From Pristiophorus japonicus (taxonomy: Eukaryota): a stretch of 64,000 nt of DNA. Below the pieces are notes generated by a model. The model was given only the letters and a program-made list of their open reading frames with translations, was not told where the DNA came from and did not search any database. The DNA lies in the NCBI RefSeq assembly GCF_044704955.1, contig NC_091988.1, forward strand, positions 162,192,001 through 162,256,000. Direction: 5' to 3'. This document shows positions 1 through 12,155 of this stretch, piece after piece (position 1 is the stretch's first letter; the number at the start of each line of letters is the position of its first letter). The position numbers and the translations under genes were made by a program.

Positions 1-277
1 GTAGCAAAGGAACAGGGAATGCAAACTCAGGAAATTTTCACTGTGTATCATTTCCACAATGTCATTGAACTCTGCTGAAAAAAAGGTTGTGAAATGTTCT
101 GGCAGGCAACAGCTGCTGCAAAAAGCCATGGTCCAAATTCGTGACACAGGCATGGTGGATAAAGCCCAGCAAATATAATTGATAGTGTCTCCCATGTCTG
201 TAGCACTGTGTGATGGTGATCAGGGTGCAATAGGGCGATGTTGTGGAGATGGGAGGAAGCACTTTTGGCAATTGATT

Positions 278-1005
278 GGAGGTGCAATGAGACCTGGATG
301 TCATGGTACATCAGCCATTGAAAGTTGGCATGCAGGTACAGCAGGCGGCGAAGGCAAATGGTATGTTGGCCTTCATAGCTAGGGGATTTGAGTATAGGAG
401 CAGGGAGGTCTTACTGCAGTTGTACAGGGCCTTGGTGAGGCCTCACCTGGAATATTGTGTTCAGTTTTGGTCTCCTAATCTGAGGAAGGACGTTCTTGCT
501 ATTGAGGGAGTGCAGCGAACGTTCACCAGACTGATTCCCAGGATAGCAGGACTGACATATGAGGAGAGACTGGATCGACTGGGCCTGTATTCACTGGAGT
601 TTAGAAGGATGAGAGGGGATCTCATAAAAACATATAAAATTCTGATGGGACTGGACAGGTTAGATGCAGGAAGAATGTTACCGATGTTGGGGGAAATCCA
701 GAACCAGGGGGACACAGTCTAAGGATAAGGGGTAAGCCATTTAGGACTGCGATGAGGAGAAACTTCTTCACTCAGAGAGTTAACCTGTGGAATTCCCTAC
801 CACAGAGAGTTGTTGATGCCAGTTCATTGGATATATTCAAGAGAGAGTTAGATATGGCCCTTATGGCTAAAGGGATCAAGGGGTATGGTGAGAAAGCAGG
901 AAAGGGGTACTAAGGTGAATGATCAGCCATGATCTTATTGAATGGTGGTGCAAGCTCGAACGGCCAAATGGCCTACTCCTGCACCTATTTTCTATGTTTC
1001 TATGT
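278..1005 (+). mobile_element. CR1 LINE (subfamily A, HER1-like), 5'-truncated 3' end
   Basis: ORF 303-722 matches the CR1 ORF2 C-terminus (LVRPHLEYCVQFWSP, RRMRGDLI); ends in a (TTCTATGT)n tail at ~990-1005. Confidence 0.95.
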
Positions 1006-2814
1006 AGCTATCCACGACTTAATTCTATGTATGCTTGAATAGGTAAACAAAATGTCACAATTTTTGCAGAGGTGTTCACATGAAAGGATTTCTACTTAAT
1101 TGTGCGATTAGCCAAGACCATTCTCAGCAGAGTACATCAGCATTGGTCACAATTGTCTCCAACATCTGTTCAATAAGACGGGTATGTGTTGAAAATTCGC
1201 TGCCTACAAATATGGCACAGACCCTCGCAGATGCTATTCATGCATTATTATTGTAGGGTTTATTTGCCATTTTTCACAGAATAAGATTTAAATATAGGAA
1301 GATCACTGGTATTGCCAACTATTGATCAGTGTGTCTCTTCTCTCTTTTGCACTCATTAATCACTATAAAGTTCACTTAAATGCGATCAGTAGCCGCTCAC
1401 TTATAAACTGATTGGCTAACATCCAAACTTGCAAGAAACCAACCAATCAGCATTGACCAGCTGGTGTCAGGGACAGGATCGATCGGTAACGTAATGTAGT
1501 GATGCAGAATCATAAAATTTCAACTTTTTCTTCTGAAAATAATACAACATATAGTTCAAAAAATCTGTCTTTAGTTCAGTAAATTCTCAATCCTCCTGAA
1601 ATTCTGAATGAAGACATTAAAGAAAGTTGGCATCCTAAGTATTCTAGAAGTGTTTGATTGCAATTCTTGGTGTAGGCAGAGAAATCCAAACCTGATTCAG
1701 TTCCTAAGTGTTTTTTTTTTACATGAGCATCTTCAGAGCTTGAGTCTTGCACAATTTCTGCAATGTGCTTTCACTGCTCTGAACCCACACCACCTCTGTT
1801 GGATACAGCTGAACCTATGCTCACATCAACTGGTTATGGCTGTCATTCTAATTGCAATAGATAGGAATTTGTCTGAAATCGGGAACATTGAAATGGGCCG
1901 AATTGGGCCCAGCTCAATTAATTGCAATGTGTAAATGGCTAACAAACTCTCAGGTTGTCCAGGGGTCACAAATCTACCAGTGAAAATGGACACATCCTCA
2001 TCTGCACCACAGCAAGAAGTCACTGAATATTCTTGCTACAGTGTTCAGTTCCCCAGCAATGACAGGGGAAATGGATGATTATCCTGTCGTAAGACTACCA
2101 GAGATTGGAGACCCTCACCACCGCACATACTAGACCACCTGGGAAAATACAAACACATACAAGTGACAGAGAAAACAGATGCACACTAGCCTACAAGGGA
2201 TTAGCCACCTAGCTTTTTATTTCAAGATGAGCATCTACCTTTGCTTTTGTGCCAGCCACAGACCTGTGCAGAGGGCTTTCCGGCAGAAGAGTTCTGTGCA
2301 GTTCTACATCATTTTATTGCAAAAGTCACAAAATAGTTGATTTGTTGGAAATGTTTATTTTGTTCACAGTAAAGAAGTTTCTCATTGAAGTTTGCATTAG
2401 GATGTTTGTGGAACCCAATGCATGGCAAGTAGAACTGAATGTTGTATCTACGACAGAAAATGATGCACACATGAACATTGCCTCTTTAGAAAGAAGGTTA
2501 TTGCGTCCTAATGTCTTAATCAATTCAGACTTATTGTAGATTTACTTGATTTTTAATTTAAAAAAATTCTTAATGTTAATGTATATATTGTACAAAGATC
2601 ACAATGAATGTTGAATATATTTCCAGCATACTTTTTCACTTCTTACAATTGATGATAGCCCAGTACTCCTGCCATGAGTCAGGCAATTAAGTTTTCAATG
2701 TTAGAGCAACAAATGCACTACTTACTTTTGTCATTTTGACAGAAATGACTGCACTGACCATTTTGTACTGGAAATCAGTCACGTCTGGCCGCCTTCAGAT
2801 AGTTTTTGATGTTA

Positions 2815-3065
2815 TCATCTGTCTTTTGAACGAGATGTTAAATTGAGGCACCATCCACCCTCCCAGGTTGACGTAAAAGATTCCTTGGCACTATTGGAAG
2901 AAGAGCAGAGGGATTCTTCCAGTGTCCTGGCCAACACCATGAAAACTGATTATCTGGTCGTTTATTTCAAAGCGGGTGCTGCATTTTCCTCAAAAATATA
3001 GTTGTAAATTGCTTTGGGAGGTTGTGAAAGGTACTATTTAAAATGTAAGTCCTTCCTTCTCTCTT
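2815..3065 (+). mobile_element. DeuSINE (SacSINE1-like), decayed
   Basis: Deu-domain-like gacgtaaaagattccttggcactattggaagaagagcag...gtgtcctggccaa and L2-type tail gaaaggtactatttaaaatgtaagtc. Confidence 0.75.
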
Positions 3066-3860
3066 CCCCTCCTCCCTCCCTCCAAAGCGCAAGGTCTTAA
3101 TTTGCTCAAGTATTGACCTAGATTGATACATATATTGAAGAATCATTAAACCTAGTGTGTAATTAGTCAATTGGTTACTGATAAAACATTAATTTCTATT
3201 TCTTCTTTGCACATTGTTATTATTAACCAATATTTTGTAAAATAGGTCAGACACAATGCAAAGCCCATCAATTTTGCCTCTGACAATGGTTCTAGATCCC
3301 AATATCAGAATAGCAGCACATCTACTGGAAACTGGGGCATTCTATCCATTCTCTATCTGGGTGATTTGGTTAAACAGCATTGTTAAGCTGGTGCTGCCTG
3401 TGCTAGATTTAATGAAGCAAGCTTTCTCAAACTAATTTCACTTATTTTCCTGCCTGTTCTGGTCATGCCAGTGAATGTTTTAACAAACCACAGCACTGTG
3501 TGATTATAGCAGGCTCGAGTGTATTTCAGTTTATTTCAGAATTCTGCAAACCCACAACCCTTATTCCCTGCTCTCGTCTATCTGAATAATGCAGGATAGA
3601 TTACATATGACATACAAATTTGTTAGAGGTCAGTATCACGTTGTGCTTTATGAGAGGTTCATCGATCATTCTGACTGCCCCTTTATTATTGCCTCTGTGC
3701 TGGTGAGAAAGTAGATTCATATTTCATTCTAATTTTATTTGTCAATCTTTTGAGAGAGAATGATAAAAGCTTGGAAAAACAAAATTATGTAAAGGTCATT
3801 GTTTTCCCCTCTAGGTTGGCCATTTTATTCCTAGAATGCTTTGGGATTTGGTGACATCAG

Positions 3861-4569
3861 GGGGCCAAAATTGCCCTCAACGAGAAATTGGGGCGGGCAC
3901 TTCGAATTAGCCAGAAATTTAGCGCCCAGTGGGAATTGGAGGGAAGAGCCAGAAAATTCATCTCTTTAACTCTGACTCTGCCTCCCACCGGGTGGTGTTG
4001 GAGGCAGAATCGGGGCATGATCTTGTCGGGAGCGAGGTGGTTTCCATCACCGCGATGCAGACGTGCCACGTCGCAACGATCCTCCCCTTCACTTAAAGGG
4101 GAGGGATGATGCAAGGTCTAATAAGGCCTCCGTGGAGCACATTGTTGGTGGCCCGGCCTAACCAATCGCCACCATTGTCAGGCTGCCTCAGGAGTCGGCC
4201 CGATAATGAAAACAAAATGGCGGCCGCAGTGGTGCACCCTTCCCTTTTAAGGGAGGCCACACCACCCAGCCACTGGCAGCTTTCTTTCTTGCGAAGCTGT
4301 CGGGGACACTGACCGGTGGTGGCTGCGTTCCCACGGGGCAATTTCCCCCGCCGGGTGGTAAGGGGTCAGCGCATGGCAGCCAACAGGTCGTAGGGCTGGG
4401 TGGGGCGGAAACATGGGTCCTTGCGGAAACCTGTTTCTGCCACGTCCAGCCCGGGGACAATTGCGGATGAGTCCCACCCTCTGCCTGCCCGCGGTCAGTA
4501 AGGCCTTACCGCCCCGTTACCGTCTCTTAGAGGTGGTAACGGGCCTAAGAAGGGGGCAATTTCAGCCCC
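3861..4569. mobile_element. PIF/Harbinger-type non-autonomous DNA transposon (MITE)
   Basis: TIRs ggggccaaaattgccc / gggcaatttcagcccc; 3-bp TSD CAG at 3858-3860 and 4570-4572; GC-rich non-coding interior. Confidence 0.85.
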
Positions 4570-5616
4570 CAGAACTTTCAGGGTAAAGTTCAATTTTGGT
4601 GGCAATGCAAAACAGGCAGCAGTGGGTTGGCCACCATATTTATGCCCTGTCTGAATATTCATTCTATTGAAGCCAATGTAAAGCAAAATCTGCAGGATTT
4701 ATAACGTGGGTCTCAGCCGCTATCGGCCTTTTTGTATTTTACTCTTTATCTTTAAGCTTCATTTAAATCTTTTTTCTCCTTTAATATACCACTCCCTGTT
4801 GCCTTCCTGCTTCTATGCTTTCCTCTCTCAACCCCTGGTGATCCAGATAGTCTGATACATAAACAGCTACACATCAAAAATCAACAGTGCTCCGTACCAA
4901 GCAATAATTGCTATGCTTTGTGGGATGCTATGGAGAATCCTGTTTGCATTGCCTGTCCTGTGAGGTGATCCTGAAGCATCCACGGTGGGTAATGACATTC
5001 AAATATCAGTCAATGTTTGCAATCCAAACCCAAACTGGGAGGACTGCACTCCAATAAAAGAACAACTGGGTCACTTAAGTAATCCTTATAACGTGTGAGA
5101 GCTTTCCCTAAATTTTCCTGTAATACTGCGCAAAATAACATGACATTTTAGATTGTAGCATTAGAAAAAAGTAGCTTCTGATAGTTATTTAAGCAATGAA
5201 ACCACTTGTCAGTGAGATTGCAGATTGTATTAAACCAGCAGGATGCTGCACTATTTTTAAAGGTCTTTCTAGAGACTTATCACAGATCTATCCTATGTGT
5301 ATTACTCAGTCCTTAAACCCACGATCAGAGAGATGTGGAATTGGTTCTTCTGTTTGTCAAAATGCCAAATCACACTGGTTTTAGGTTCAGGGTTATGGAG
5401 AGATGACAAAATGCTTGAAAATTATGGGTATTAATCATTACAGTTCTGTGGCCACATTTTAATCTCTAAAGAGGCCCTTTTCTTTCACCAAGGTATATCA
5501 TCAACCTCTTGATATTTATCTCATCGGTCTCACCATTGAGATTGAGTCAATGAAAGCAGTGAATGGTGTAGTGCTAAAACAAATAAACAATTGCTTGAGG
5601 TCAATTCTTAAAGAGC

Positions 5617-6022
5617 AAAAGAACTTGCATTTATAAAGTGTCTTTCATGACTTCAGGGTGTTCCAAAGTGCTTCCTAGCCAATTAAGTACTTTTGAAGTG
5701 TAGCCACTGCTGTGATTATAAGGAAATGTGGCAGCAACATTCCACTAACAACAATGAGATAATGACCAGATAGTTTATTTTTAGTAATGTCGACTGAAGA
5801 ATAAATGTTAGACAAGGCACTAGGAGAGCTTCCCTGCTCTTCTTCAAATAGTGCCATGGGATTGTTTATGTCCAGCTGAGAGAGTGGGTAAGGTCTTGAT
5901 TTAACTTCTCAGCTGAAGGACTGCACTGAAGTGTCAGCCTAGATAATGTGCTCATGTCTCTTGAACCCATGATCTTGTTAGTTGGAGGCGAGAATGCTAC
6001 CACTGAGACAAGGCTGAGACCT
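5617..6022 (-). mobile_element. DeuSINE (SacSINE1-like), near full length
   Basis: On the minus strand: tRNA-like head (ctcagtggtagcattctcgcc), Deu core (catggcactatttgaagaagagcaggga) and tail ending tataaatgcaagttc. Confidence 0.85.
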
Positions 6023-6296
6023 AGCTCCATCTATTCCTCAGTTTGAAAAGATAGAACTGTGTGACTGCAAGGCAAAGATTTATGTATCAGAAATATTGAA
6101 AATCTATTCTTTTAAAATGCTTTCACAATTTAGCAAACACAGAAAATCTTCCTGCTACCATACATACCAACCATCAGGATTTTAAGCTGACATCAGCTTT
6201 TCAACCTATGTATCCGGTTCATCAGTATTTCATAAAAAGGCAGCTTTATTCACAACGGTCGGAGGGTGTCAGCATCAATTAGTCCGATAATGGAGG

Positions 6297-6432
6297 AAAA
6301 GAAACACTTGAATTCAAATAGCGCCTTTCACAACGTCAGGACATCAGGACATCCCTAAGTATTTTACAGCCAATGAAGTACTTTTGAAGTGCAGCCATTG
6401 TTGTAATGTAGGAAATGTCACAGTCAATTTAC
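6297..6432 (-). mobile_element. DeuSINE 3' tail fragment
   Basis: gcgcctttcacaacgtcaggacatc...acagccaatgaagtacttttgaagtg, same tail as 5617-5730. Confidence 0.75.
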
Positions 6433-6447
6433 ATCCAAAAGACATCA

Positions 6448-6956
6448 TCATCATAGGCAGTCCCTCAGAATCGAGAAAGACTTGTTTCCACTCCTAAAGT
6501 GAGTCCTTTGGTGGCTGAACAGTCCAATGCGAGAGACACAGACCCTGTTACAAGTGGGACAGACATTCGTCGGGGGAAGGGGGGTAGGTGGGACTGATTT
6601 TCCGCACGCTCCTTCCGCTGCCTGCGCCTGATCTCTTCACGCTCGCAGCGTTGAGATTCGAAGAGCTCAACGCCCTCCCGGATGCACTTTCTCCACCTAG
6701 GGCGGTCTTTGGCCAGGGACACCCAGGTATCGGTGAGGATGTCGCACTTTACCAGGGAGACTTTGAGGGTGTCCTTGTAACGTTTCTGCTGCCCACCTTT
6801 GGTTAGTTTGCCGTGAAGGAGCTCCACATAGAGCAATTGCTTAGGGAGCCTCGTGTCTGGCATGCGTACTATGTGGCCTGCCCAGCGAAGCTGATCGAGT
6901 GTGGTCAGTGCTTCAAAGCTGGAGATGCTGGCCTGTGCAAGGACACTGATGTTGAC
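6448..6956 (-). mobile_element. RTE-clade (BovB-like) LINE, 5'-truncated
   Basis: ORF 6465-6863 (MPDTRLPKQLLY..GGQQKRYKDTLK) is the RTE ORF C-terminus; (ATG)n tail; TSD aaagacatca at 6438-6447 and 6957-6966. Confidence 0.92.
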
Positions 6957-7518
6957 AAAGACATCACCTCTGACTAGTATTTAGCTGGAAGGACAGGATC
7001 CGATCAGCTTGGTTGGAAGTTGGGTCTAAAGGCAGAAAAATGTTAAATGAGTTGATGGTTTCTAAGGGTCACAGTTATAGATGTGCTTATTTCTGAAAGA
7101 AACTATAAATAACAACTAAACTGTTAAAGTTTTTTTTCATTTTCCTCAACTGTTGTGAAGACTAGTTGCAGCTACCTTTTTTGAGATAAGAAGGATGTTC
7201 CCTGTTGTGAATGAATGAATGGTTTTATTTGAACATTCCTGCCACTGCAATTATGGACTGACCAACGACTGAACATAAAAAAGGGAATGGGTTGGTGTGG
7301 TATGAGATTTAATTAACTAAAAATCAATACTGAGATTTTACAGCCAGAATGACACTAGAATCAAAATTCTGATATTAAAAATCGAAATCTAAAATTCTGT
7401 CCACATGCCACCAACCCCTGTAAAAAATAAATCTCTCATCTTCTACACTCACACCCCCTGTAGTAACATCGAAATTCACCACAGCTGCAAACTCTGCTTT
7501 TATGTACTCTCTCTTTCG

Positions 7519-8612
7519 GAGTCCCTCGGAGTCGAGGATGACTTGCTTCCACACTAAAAAAGAGTTCTCAGGTGACTAATGAGTCCTTTGCGGGACGTAC
7601 AGTCTCTGTCGCAGGTGGGGCAGACGGTGGTTTAGGGGATGGGTGGGTGGGGTGCTTGGATTGTCGAGCGCTCCTTCCGCTCTTTGCGCTTGGCCTCCAC
7701 TTGTTCCCGGCGAAGAGACTCGAGGTGTTCGACGCCTTCCCAGATGCTTCTCCTCCACTTTGAGCGGTCTTGGGCCAGGGATTCCCAGGTGTCGGTGGGG
7801 ATGTTGCACTTTTTCAAAGAGGCTTTGAGGGTGTCCTTGAAGCATTTCCCCATACCACCTGGGGCTCACTTGCTGTGTTGGAGCTCCGAGTAGAGCGCTT
7901 GTTTTGGGAGTCTAGTATCGGGCATGTGGACGATGTGTGGCCCATCCATCGGAGCTGATCGAGCGTAGTCAATGCTTCGATGCTGGGAATGTTGGTCTGA
8001 GCGAGAACACTGACGTTGGTGCACCTATCCTGTCAATGGATTTGCAGGATCTTGCGGAGACAGCGTTGGTAGCACTTCTCCAATGCTTTGAGGTGACTGC
8101 TGTACATAGTCCATGTCTCTGAAGCTTACAGGGAAGTGGGTATCATTACTGCTCTGTAGACCATGATTTTGATGCCAAGTTTGAGGTCCTGGTCTTCAAA
8201 CACTCTGTTCCTCAGGCAACAGATGTCTGCCCTTGTTGACTGTAGGCTCCCGAGATATGGAAAATGGGCCTCATTGTGGATTTTGATAATCAGGCGGCAG
8301 TACTGTATGGTGGGGGCAGGTTGGTAGAGGACCTTTGTCTTACGGATGTTTAGTGTAAGGCCCATGCTCTCGTATGCTTCTGTGAAGGTGTTGCCGATGG
8401 TTTGGAGTTTGACCTCCGAGTGTGTGCAGACGCAGGCGTCATCTGCATACTGTAATTCAATGACAGAGGATGAGATGACCTTGGATCTGGACTGGAGACG
8501 ACAAAGGTTGAACAGTTTCCCAATTGTTATGTAGATTAACTCCACTCCAGCAGAGAGCTTACTGAGGGTGAGGTGGAGCATTGCTGCATGGAAGATCAAG
8601 AAGAGCATTGGT
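7519..8612 (-). mobile_element. RTE-clade LINE fragment (RT C-terminal half to 3' end, internal deletions)
   Basis: ORF 8126-8608 contains LQYADD, GLTLNIRKTKV and FPYLGS; ORF 7632-7853 contains FKDTLKASLKKCNIP. Confidence 0.92.
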
Positions 8613-8740
8613 GCACTGCAATATTAAACAGTAACAAACTTATGTCCCGCTGTGCTTTCAGTCAAACTCCTTGTCTATTCTTGTCACAAGGGCTATATCC
8701 GTACTGTGTTTGAGCTGTCATCTCAGTTTGGGTTATACAA

Positions 8741-9964
8741 GGACCACTTGGCTCCAGACCTCATTACGGCCTTGATCCAAACATAGACAATAGAGTTGAA
8801 TTCCATAGGTGAGGTGAGAGTGACTGCCCTTGATATCAAGACAGCATTTGACCAAGTATGGCATCAAGGAGCCCTAATGAAATTGAAGTCCATGGGGCAA
8901 AACTCTCCACTGGCTGGAATCATACCTACCACAAAGGAACATAGTTTAGTTGTTGGAGATCAATCATCTCATCACAGCCCCAGGACATCACTGCAAGAGT
9001 TCCTCAGGGCAGTGTCCTAGACCCAACCATCTTCAGTTGCTTCATCAATGATCTTCCCTCCATCATAAGATCAGAAGTAGGGATGTTCACTGATGATTGC
9101 ACACTGTTCAGCTCCATTCACAACTCGTGAGACAATAAAGCAGTCCATGCCCTCATGTATCAAGACCTGGACGACATTCAGACTTAGGCTGATAAATGGC
9201 AAGTAACATTTGCGTAACAAGTTCCAGGCAATGACTATCTGTAACAAATGAGAGACTACCCACCGCCCCTTGACATTCAATGGCAATACCATCGCCGAAT
9301 CCCCCAACATCAACATTCTGGGGATTACCATTAACCAGAAACTTAACTGGACCAGCCACATAAATACTGTGGCAACAAGAGCAGGTCAGAGGCTGGCTAT
9401 TCTGCGGCGAGTGGCTCAGCTCCTGACACCCTAAAGCCTTTCCACCAGTACAAGTCAGGAGTGTGATGGAATACTCTCTGCTTGCCTGGATGAGTGCAGC
9501 TCCAATAACACTCAAGAAGCTCTACACCATCCCAAGCAGCCTGCTTGATTGGTACCCCATCAGCACCTTAAATAATCACACCCTCCACCAATGGTGCACC
9601 ATGGCTACACTGTGTACCATCTACAGGATGCACTCCAGCAACTTGCCAAGGCTTTTTCAACAGCACCTCCCAAACCCGAGACCTCTACCACTTAGAAGGA
9701 CAAGGACAGTAGGCACATGGGAACACCACCACCTGCAAGTTCCTCTCCAAGTCACACACCTAACTTGGAAATATATCACCGTTCCTTCATCGTCGCTGGT
9801 TCAAAATCCTGGAACTCTCTCCCTAACAGCACTGTGGGAGTACCTTCACCACACTGACTGCAGCCATTCAAGAAGATGGCTCACTACCACTTTCTCAAGG
9901 GCAATTAGGAATGGGCAATAAATGCTGGCGATGCCCTTATCCCAGGAATGATTAATTAAAAAAA
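8741..9964 (+). mobile_element. Non-LTR retrotransposon (RTE-X-like; clade uncertain), RT domain to 3' end, decayed
   Basis: ALDIKTAFDQVWHQG; gttcctcagggcagtgtcctag (VPQGSVL); atgttcactgatgat (MFTDD); 3' end gcaattaggaatgggcaataaatgctggc followed by an A-rich tail. Confidence 0.85.
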
Positions 9965-10427
9965 GCTTTTTGGCAGCGGTGCCGATTTTTTCGATATTCT
10001 TGGTCAGCTTTTTTAGTTTTGTAGGTTGACATGCATGTTCTACATTTCAGATGTTACTAACACGTAGTGACCAGCGAAGTTAGTTTTAGTTGGCTGCGAT
10101 CTTCCAACTAGTTTCCACTGAAAATGCCCATTGATTTTTTAGTGTATCCTACTGAGCTGTCAGTATGCGGCCCTAAGGCTAAATCGAAGAACAACTTGTG
10201 CAAGGGCCAGAGTAACTCACTGCACATGTGCAACTGGGCATCCTTCTGCGCACGTGCCAGTTGTTGTATCTGAGGTACTGACCGGGTTTGTGCTGTTGGA
10301 TTTTAGCGCCGGAAGTGCTTGGGAGCATGGCAACCGGAGCAGGTGAGGGAGAGGCCATTGGGGAGGACACAGACACAGTCACAGGGGAAGGGGTGGGTGG
10401 GGCTAATCCTACACATTATGGGCCTGC

Positions 10428-10750
10428 CAGGTGTGACCTCAGTCATTGGGGGGAGGGGAACAGTCAGGTGTGACCTGAGTTAGTGGGGGGAAGGGGTCAG
10501 GTGTGACTTCAGTCACTGGGGAGAAGGGTCAGGGATGACTCAGACACTGGGGGGGCAGGGGTCAAGTGTGACCTCAGTCATTGCAGGGGAGGGGTCAGCT
10601 ATGACTTGTCACTGGAGGGGAGTGAGAATGTGTGAACTTAGTCACTGGGGTGAGTGGAGTCAGCTGTGACCACAGTCACTAAGTGAGCATGGGCTCAGAT
10701 GTGGCCTCAGTCACTGGGCGGGGAGGGGTCAGATGTGACCTCGGTCACAG
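10428..10750. repeat. Degenerate ~32-bp minisatellite, about 10 units
   Basis: Repeated caggtgtgacctcagtcactggggggaggggt-like unit. Confidence 0.85.
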
Positions 10751-11354
10751 TGAATGTGCATCAATATTGTGACATCGCATCCGTGGTAATGATATGTGTT
10801 TTTTTCGCATTTGTAGCGTATATGTTCAACCGTTAAAGTATAGGCAGCTAATTCTGCCTCACTACTCCGCACAACCTACATTTTCCGTCCTGGCTACTTT
10901 GCTCCGCTCCCACCCTGTGTGTCCCCGGATTCAGTTTAGGAGATATGATCACCCTAATCTATAACTGAAGAACTTTGCCGTACAGAATCATATCAAAAGT
11001 GGTGAAATCTTATATATTATACGAAGACGTACAACTAACACAAGTAAAACTTTCAGGTCTCTCAAGAAAGTCGAGTATGGTTCCTGTCAATAGGAACAAG
11101 TTGGAATCAGTTTATCCTGACTATATTGTACACTAGGAAACACCTGTATAACCTGCAAATGATTATGTGCTACAAAACTTTCAAATCATGAAATAAGAAC
11201 AGTAACATTGAAGGGTTTATGACATCAACTGGAAAAATTACATTATTTTGTGAAATTATGTCACTTTACTTATTGAAGATAATTGAACAAATTCTCTAAT
11301 TCCATGTTCCCCATGTGGAGCTTCATTTCAAGGAAGAATGGGTCAGAGAAAAAA

Positions 11355-11575
11355 GACAAAAGAAAGATGTGCATTTATATAGTGCCTTCCATGACCACCA
11401 GACATCTCAATGCGCTTTACAGCCAATGAATGTATATACTTTTAGAGGGCAGTCACTGTTGTAATGTGGGAAATGCGGAAGCCAATTTGCGCACAGTAAG
11501 CTCTCACAAACAGCAATATGATAATGATCAGATAATCTGTTTTTGTTATGTTCATTTGAGGGATACATACTGGAT
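11355..11575 (-). mobile_element. DeuSINE 3' half
   Basis: tgcatttatatagtgccttcc...gcgctttacagccaatgaa...gccaatttgcgcacagtaagct...cagataatctg. Confidence 0.8.
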
Positions 11576-12155
11576 TGGGCTTGGAATGTTTAATCCTATC
11601 TCTCTTGGAGCGTAGTTCCCTGCTGGGAGTTTGGGATCTCGGAATTTACGCTTCTGAGTAATGGTTATAAAAGAGAACAAAATATGATATAGTGGGTGAA
11701 AATACCTTGTGTGTTAATTGTGCATTAATTGTCTGTTAATATGCAGTAATTTGGTGCATTAGAATTAGTTGAGAATTAGAATTTTTTTTTCCATTTCCCA
11801 AAATTCCTTCTAGGACTGACTCTGTTTGATGTACGTTAATGCACTTAACAATTTATTGACTTGATATATACCAGTTAAAGGGGAAGTGCAATGCAACTCA
11901 AGCTTGTCTTCCAGCTTTCACTGCATGATTAAGCTTGCAGAGTTGGCTGCTTCTCTTCCGCGGCTACATTCGAGTCAGGGTGTCCCTGGAGATAGAGCAC
12001 GCAGTGTCCACCGGTACGGACACAGCCTTCCGCGAGAGGTGGGCACCGGAGGGACTGGAGTGCATCATCAGCCCCCGGCAACCAAATTTTAATTTCATCC
12101 ATTTAATGTTAAAAGTTAAATTTATTTAATTTGTTGGTTTTAGTGCCCCTTTAAT

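Noticed and set aside
5930-6022. tRNA gene
   Set aside because: Degenerate tRNA-derived SINE head attached to a Deu core, with no intact cloverleaf.
10941-10957. Complete hAT transposon
   Set aside because: Only one plausible terminus is visible; I found no matching left TIR or 8-bp TSD.
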